IMG/VR virus record: IMGVR_UViG_3300025154_000076
Location: 1-64,000 of that record
Strand: one strand, 5' to 3'
Length of the DNA stretch: 64,000 bases
Origin: a virus
The notes beneath the pieces are model-generated. The model had not been told where the DNA came from. It saw nothing but the letters and a program-made list of their open reading frames with translations, and did no database searches. The translations under genes and the position numbers were made by a program. Shown here piece after piece: positions 58,362 through 64,000 of this stretch (positions are counted from its first letter, which is position 1; each line of letters starts with the position of its first letter).

Positions 58362-58940
58362 ATGGAACAAAAAATCAAACCTGAAGAATTTTTTCTTTAC
58401 AAAGGAAAGACCTATGTAGCCAGGATGGTTACAGACACAAAGGTGGTGGGTGTATTAAGACGATCATCAGAAACAAAAACAGGGTTTATGGAATGTGATA
58501 TTTCAGAAATAGAACGCCCTGTGCAGGTGATATGCAAAATGCTTGCGGTACCTTCAAAGCCAAAGAAAGGAGATATAATCAGGGTATGGGCTAAAGGTTC
58601 TGATATACCCACTATCTCCCGAATGGTAATGCCAATAGAGAATAAGGGGTTTCTCGAAAATCATAAGGTAGAGAGATTGTTGCCTTTCTTTTTCGGATTG
58701 GAACACCGGGAAATACTCGAAGGAAGTTATTTTAGCTTATCACAATTTGCATTATCAGAATCAATGCACAAATGGCTACTTGGAAAACCAACACCTGAAG
58801 GAGCAAAACATCTTAAAGATAATTACATAGTAGAGGTAGAATTTACTAAAGGAATGGTAGTGGTGCATAATGTGGAAGGGGAATCCATTCCTGTGATTAA
58901 AACTAATATCACCGACGGGGAAAATGAATGGTATGTGTAA
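58362..58940 (+). CDS. Hypothetical protein
   Basis: ORF track. Confidence 0.6.
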   Translation: MEQKIKPEEFFLYKGKTYVARMVTDTKVVGVLRRSSETKTGFMECDISEIERPVQVICKMLAVPSKPKKGDIIRVWAKGSDIPTISRMVMPIENKGFLENHKVERLLPFFFGLEHREILEGSYFSLSQFALSESMHKWLLGKPTPEGAKHLKDNYIVEVEFTKGMVVVHNVEGESIPVIKTNITDGENEWYV

Positions 58941-59131
58941 CGTTTAGTATATGAAAAAAATTTATTTAACAACAAGGGCATATCTCATTCAGTAGAATGG
59001 TTGAAATGCTAAATGAGGAGGCAAAACGTGAAATAACAGCAGAAGAAGCTGGATTATTTTCAAGACCTGAATGTGTTTGTGAACTACCCACACACTAAAA
59101 AGATGTGTGGGCTTCCTGCACAACGCATAGC

Positions 59132-60250
59132 CTAATGGCTTACGTTAGCGTACAAAGGGTTGTCCCTAACCCCAAAATTCTTTATATTATATGCAGCATT
59201 CAAATCCCTATCTATTGAATTATTACACTTATCACAATTGTAAGTTCTATCTGAAAGTTTTAAATCTTTCTTGTGATTTCCACAATTAGAACATACTTTA
59301 CTGCTTGGTTCAAATCTGCCAATTACAACAAGATTTTTACCTTGCCATTCAGTTTTATATTCAAGCATTGTTCTTAATTGTCGCCAACCCATTTCAGATA
59401 TGGCTTTAGCTAAATTATGGTTCTTAACCATATTACTAACTGCTAAATCTTCTAATACAATTGTGTTATACGTGTTTACTAATTCAGTAGATATTTTATG
59501 CAAGTAATCAGTCCTTTGGTTACGGATTTTTTCTTGCAATAATGCTACTTTTAATTTTTGTTTTTCTCTATTTATTGAACCTTTCTGTTTTCTTGCAAAG
59601 CTTCTCTGTTCAACTCTTAATCTTCTTTGTTGCGATTTGAAAAAGTTTTTATTTTCATACACCACACCATCAGAAGTAATTGCTAAATCTTTAATCCCAA
59701 AATCAATACCAACAGATGTTTCGGATTTAATTGGTTTTTGCTTTGGTTTTTCTATTTGTGTATCAACCAATATTGATACAAAGTATTTACCAGTAACAGT
59801 TTTGCTTAATGTAACTCTTTTTGGTAATCCTTTGAACAATCTATGATAATCAATAGCAACCTCTTTTAATTTAGGTAATTTTAAAATGTTGTTATCAAAA
59901 TCAACCTCAAAACCTTGTGGAAATGTAACTGACTGCTTAGAGTATCTATTCTTGTATTTAGGAAACTGACCTTTGCCTTTAAAAAAGTTTTGATATGCTG
60001 TATCTAAATTGATAATACTATGTTGTAGTATTTGACTTGGACATTCTTTAATGTAATCAAATTCCTTTCTTAATTCTGGAAGTTGTTTAATTAAATCATA
60101 TTTAGATATTGATGTTTTATTTGAAGCATACGCAACAGTCTTGGTCTCTAAACCAAGATTATATACCAATCTATTTACACCAAAATACCTTTGTAATTGG
60201 TTTTTTTGGTCATCCGTTGGGAATATTCTGTATTTGTATCCTTTAAGCAT
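59132..60250 (-). CDS. tnpB: TnpB RNA-guided endonuclease
   Basis: N-terminal YKYRIFPT; RuvC motifs GIDFG, LEDL and DRD.NAA; Zn finger CSNC...CDKC. Confidence 0.95.
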   Translation of the reverse strand: MLKGYKYRIFPTDDQKNQLQRYFGVNRLVYNLGLETKTVAYASNKTSISKYDLIKQLPELRKEFDYIKECPSQILQHSIINLDTAYQNFFKGKGQFPKYKNRYSKQSVTFPQGFEVDFDNNILKLPKLKEVAIDYHRLFKGLPKRVTLSKTVTGKYFVSILVDTQIEKPKQKPIKSETSVGIDFGIKDLAITSDGVVYENKNFFKSQQRRLRVEQRSFARKQKGSINREKQKLKVALLQEKIRNQRTDYLHKISTELVNTYNTIVLEDLAVSNMVKNHNLAKAISEMGWRQLRTMLEYKTEWQGKNLVVIGRFEPSSKVCSNCGNHKKDLKLSDRTYNCDKCNNSIDRDLNAAYNIKNFGVRDNPLYANVSH

Positions 60251-60396
60251 ATATTATTAAATAGTCTAAACTTTTGTAAAAGTACAACATTTTTATCTAA
60301 ATTACAAGTTTTGGTTAAATTTATTTTATTTGATACCGTATTTTGTTTAAATCATTCCGTCTTTGGTTGTAAATAATTTAAACAAAATACTACATT

Positions 60397-60801
60397 ATGC
60401 AATCAAATTACATTTCTACAAATCATTCAAAACACTATTTAAAATGTCATCTAATTCTCGTTACTAAGTATCGTAAAAATATGTTAGTTGGTCAATTAAA
60501 TGATGATTTAAAAGATATATTCAGTTCCATAGCAGATAACTCAGATTTTGAAATAGAAGTTATGGAGTCTGATGTAAACCATATTCATTTCTTAATTAGG
60601 TACATACCTCGCCTATCTATATCCCAAATGGTTCGTAGGCTTAAACAAGAATCTACTCGTCAGTTATGGTTATTGCATCATACTACTTTACGTCAGTATT
60701 ATTGGTATCGTAAAATACTTTGGAGTGATGGGTTCTTCGTTTGTTCAATAGGTGAAGCAAGTCCAGATACTATCCGTCAATATATTTTAAGCCAAGGTTA
60801 A
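60397..60801 (+). CDS. tnpA: IS200-family HUH (Y1) transposase TnpA
   Basis: H.ILVTKYR, HIH (HUH), LWSDGFF and IRQYI motifs. Confidence 0.95.
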   Translation: MQSNYISTNHSKHYLKCHLILVTKYRKNMLVGQLNDDLKDIFSSIADNSDFEIEVMESDVNHIHFLIRYIPRLSISQMVRRLKQESTRQLWLLHHTTLRQYYWYRKILWSDGFFVCSIGEASPDTIRQYILSQG

Positions 60802-60867
60802 TCATACCTTTGTCGCTTACATCCCATCCACGCTAAAAAGCGATGAATGGGTTTTACGCTCCTTTTT

Positions 60868-61026
60868 ATCAATAGGTATGATAATAACAGCAGCAGGAAC
60901 TAAGCATCCCAGAGAAAGCCTGCTTCCATTTTCATTATAGTGTTCACAATCCATACATTCAACATCTTTTGTCATTGTAGCTGTATTCAAATGATCACAC
61001 TCCGCATTAATATAATCACATCTCAT
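60868..61026 (-). pseudogene. Small Cys-rich ORF interrupted by the IS605 insertion
   Basis: The ORF runs into the IS left end at ...IPID (TTGAT). Rejoining with the 59078 flank continues in frame (KHIQVLK...FY*). Confidence 0.4.
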
Positions 61027-61074
61027 AATTTATTATTTTAAGATTTAATAACTTCATTTCATCAGAATAATGGG

Positions 61075-61365
61075 TTACAGATAAAAGCTTTCAAACATTA
61101 TTACTACAAATGACCTTACATATTCAAATAATTCTTTTTTTCCTTCCGGCATTTCCTTTCCTGGTTCACAACTCATAAAATATATCAGGGCTGCATCGGT
61201 GTGCAGGGCAGAGGCTATATCTGTTAATGTAGTATATGTAGGATTAAATCTACCATTTTCTATTTGGTTCATAGATGTTGTACTCAATCCACACATCTTG
61301 GCCAGTTCTTTTTGTGATAACCCTTTATTCTTTCTTAGTTTTGTTATTGTAGCTCCTATATTCAT
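61075..61365 (-). CDS. XRE-family HTH transcriptional regulator
   Basis: LRKNKGLSQKELA...LS...NQIENG..NP motif. Confidence 0.9.
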   Translation of the reverse strand: MNIGATITKLRKNKGLSQKELAKMCGLSTTSMNQIENGRFNPTYTTLTDIASALHTDAALIYFMSCEPGKEMPEGKKELFEYVRSFVVIMFESFYL

Positions 61366-61410
61366 AACTTTATAATTTAAAAATTTAAGACAAACTTAAT
61401 AAAAATTACA

Positions 61411-61944
61411 TTAATTCCCGATCGGCGCATACATTTTGTATCTTATCGTGTAACCATTAATCATATTTCCTTTTTTTATGGCCCGATATACCTTCATCCT
61501 ACTTACCCCAAAGTGCTTCAATAGGTCATTTATACTACTAAAATAAAGGGTTTCAGAAGAATTAAAGGCTTCCATCTTTCGCATTGTACCCTTATCATTA
61601 ACCAAAGCAGCTATATCTTCAGGCATCTTCAGATCATAAAAGGTTTTTTCATCAATAGTGTTGAATTTACAAAATGTCTTTTTTACATATTCAAGGTTTT
61701 CAACGCAATTATTCATCCTATTGCAATCTATATGACTTATAGCATACCCATCAGGCATTGGTTCCAGAAAGTGAGAAGAAACCAAAACATGGGCATAATA
61801 ATGGGTTCCTTCTATAAAATACCTAACATAACTATACCTCCCCACAATAATGGGTTTCAAATATCTCTTTAATACATAAGAATAAACCAACCCCATATCT
61901 GTTATTCCATATCTATTACCCATTCCTATCATATACACTATCAT
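61411..61944 (-). CDS. HNH homing endonuclease-like protein (HNH_3 plus NUMOD1-like C-terminus)
   Basis: H.LV..HF, HIDCNRMNN.VENLEY, and C-terminal F.SI....KHFG motifs. Confidence 0.7.
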   Translation of the reverse strand: MIVYMIGMGNRYGITDMGLVYSYVLKRYLKPIIVGRYSYVRYFIEGTHYYAHVLVSSHFLEPMPDGYAISHIDCNRMNNCVENLEYVKKTFCKFNTIDEKTFYDLKMPEDIAALVNDKGTMRKMEAFNSSETLYFSSINDLLKHFGVSRMKVYRAIKKGNMINGYTIRYKMYAPIGN

Positions 61945-62653
61945 AACTACATCTATTTAATTAAAACCTATTAATACACTCAATACAAATCCATCCTCTG
62001 TTATTCGATATTTTCCATCTGTCCCTCTTATTATTATTCCTTTATTCATAATTAATCACATTTTAATTATACAAATATATGCAATTAATACAATATATCC
62101 AAACTTATTTATGTTTCACTTATATTATACCCATATTATTAGATGTACAAAAATAAAATATAAAATAAAAATGGGATTTTGTGGATGTAGTCGATATATA
62201 TAGGGTACACACCAGATGTGGCGCAAAATGCGGATTTGCGGGGGTGTGGGGGTGTTTTCGGAATCGCATAAAACAAACGAAATGCAGTGCTAATAATATA
62301 TATATGATCTTGCCTATTGCGTGGAAAGCATATATTGTTATATATTGTATGAATCATAATCTTAATTATTGGGCTTATTCCGTTTCCCTAACTGCCTGAT
62401 AATCACTCGTGCAAGACAAATGAGAGTATAAGAATGCAGAAAGCGAATGTAAATAGGGCAATTGTGGACAGGTTGGCAGGTGTTCAGGTTGTGTCCTGAT
62501 GGTTGTGTAATTAGTAGAAAAATTGGCATCCAGGGCGCAAGATAGGACACAAAAAAAGTAATAATTACCCTTAATTCATTGAATTTACGTATATTTATTA
62601 AATTTGAATCACAATTTTAAATTGAAAAAAATTAAATAAGCAATAAAACAACA

Positions 62654-62995
62654 ATGTCAACAAGAAAACATAAGCAGCATAGCTATATAATAGATACAAT
62701 ACTAAGGAGCTATAATATAAGTAATACAATAGGTCTTAAGTATAATGAGATAATACTCTTAGTTTCATTATTTTATAGAACCCTTTATTTTGATTGTACT
62801 TTTAAAAGTACAGTTGAAAACATAACTATAATAACAAACATAAGATATAATACTGTCAGTATGCTATTAAATGACTTAATCAAATCTAAATATGTAATTA
62901 AAATCGGATTAATATATAATATTAGCGATAAAGGTAAACATCTCATAAAAAACTATCTGGCTGTAGTAGAATCTACTAACTTATATTTAAAATAA
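62654..62995 (+). CDS. Winged-HTH protein
   Basis: TVS..LNDL.K..YV.K....Y.ISDKGK pattern; TAAATTTG at 62599-62606 upstream. Confidence 0.6.
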   Translation: MSTRKHKQHSYIIDTILRSYNISNTIGLKYNEIILLVSLFYRTLYFDCTFKSTVENITIITNIRYNTVSMLLNDLIKSKYVIKIGLIYNISDKGKHLIKNYLAVVESTNLYLK

Positions 62996-63284
62996 TCCGA
63001 AACCCCTTATTTCCATATTTTCCTCATCCTTCGCAAAAATCCGACAAGTCGCACAACCGGGTCAATATAAAAGCTGATCTATATCATGCTGTTGTATGTT
63101 CTATAACAGGTATTAAGTTGATGGAACCCATTATTTTGATTTTTCATGAATTTTTATTCATTTGTAATTATTTGAATATCAATAGATAAAGTATTTTTTA
63201 ACAAAATAAATGTTAAAATATTTGCAGAATGATTGTAATGGGTATAGATTTACATAACAAATTCATTCACTAAAAAAATTAGCA

Positions 63285-64000
63285 ATGAAAAAAATAGAAA
63301 TTATGAACTTATTCGCTGAAAATGAGGTGAAAAGTACAAATGTAAAGAGTTTTATTAATAAAAATAAAGCTTTAAAATTGAATTACGAAATATGTCTTAA
63401 ATGGCTAAAAATAAAAGAAAGCAAGGAAAGTGAATTTTTATCAAAAAAACAACAAACAAGACAAGCAAAACAATTCGGGTTTTCAGTTAAGAAATATATT
63501 GTATTAAAAGAAAAATCAGAGCGTTTATTAAATGATTTTTTCACAGGGCATTCAATGGGATGTTATAGAACCCTTTCCCTAATAGGAAATAGAACACCTT
63601 TTGCAACAAATAATATTCTTAGTATTTATTCTAAGAGTTACAAATTTAAGCCGAGTTATGGTGAAATAAATATAATTTTAACTAAAAAAGAACTTGAAAA
63701 TATTGAAAACATTGCCGGAGTTTGGACAATAAAAGGTAAACATCATGCTGCTAAATGGTTGGAATCACGTGGGAATAAACAAAGTTATAGTGTTAATTTT
63801 GTTTCCGGTTATTTATTTGCAGATATTCATGGGAAAACGTTAAAAGAAGCAAAGGACTTATTTGGCAAAAGATTAGTACAATTAAAAAGAGAAAAATTAT
63901 CAAATGCGAAATTTGTAGGGTATAAACATTTAAAAGAAGCTGGGGCATGTGATCCAGGAATTAATTCATTTATTGAAAAACATAAACTAAATAAAGAGTA
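63285..64000 (+). CDS. Hypothetical protein (3' truncated by window edge)
   Basis: Hand translation MKKIEIMNLF...AGACDPGINSF... stays open to the end of the window. Confidence 0.6.
   Translation, partial: MKKIEIMNLFAENEVKSTNVKSFINKNKALKLNYEICLKWLKIKESKESEFLSKKQQTRQAKQFGFSVKKYIVLKEKSERLLNDFFTGHSMGCYRTLSLIGNRTPFATNNILSIYSKSYKFKPSYGEINIILTKKELENIENIAGVWTIKGKHHAAKWLESRGNKQSYSVNFVSGYLFADIHGKTLKEAKDLFGKRLVQLKREKLSNAKFVGYKHLKEAGACDPGINSFIEKHKLNKE

Larger units (their letters stand above)
59079..60867 (-). mobile_element. IS200/IS605-family element (IS605-type, divergent tnpA/tnpB)
   Basis: On the minus strand: TTGAT target, then left end with hairpin, tnpA/tnpB, and right-end hairpin gcccacaca...tgtgtgggt ending GTAGTTCAC. 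Confidence 0.85.

Noticed and set aside
58936-58960. TAACGTTTAGTATATG resembling the start of another attC-like site
   Set aside because: No matching second arm or GTT end was found; at most an eroded remnant.
62139-62550. Three short ORFs in the ORF track
   Set aside because: They overlap on both strands, have non-ATG or weak starts and carry no recognisable motifs; likely non-coding.
1-64000. Stop-codon reassignment as in some crAss-like phages
   Set aside because: Standard code 11 gives long, tightly packed ORFs for all core genes, and no suppressor tRNA was seen.

Overview
64-kb fragment of an AT-rich tailed dsDNA phage with a Bacteroidota host (TAnnTTTG promoters, no Shine-Dalgarno motifs) and a crAss-like/Cellulophaga-podovirus-like virion module. 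From left to right: an integron-like gene-cassette array carrying C5 DNA methyltransferases (one with a nested second subunit); groES; a recombination block (YqaJ exonuclease, Rad52-like SSAP, SSB, RusA-like resolvase, DnaA domain-IV protein); a lysis block; ejection/cargo proteins including a 2195-aa polyvalent protein; muzzle and ring proteins; tail fibres with internal repeats; capsid, scaffold, portal and terminase; a four-gene glycosylation cluster behind a poly-Thr-tailed protein; replication genes (RNase H, initiator, DnaB); and an intact IS605 (tnpA+tnpB). The three strongest leads are (1) a putative virion O-glycosylation system acting on mucin-like poly-Thr tails, (2) a phage-borne integron-like cassette system with a duplicated attI-like site, and (3) a 10-bp motif ATAA[AGT]GGGTT seen about 60 times on both strands. 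All calls come from reading motifs by eye; no database searches were run.
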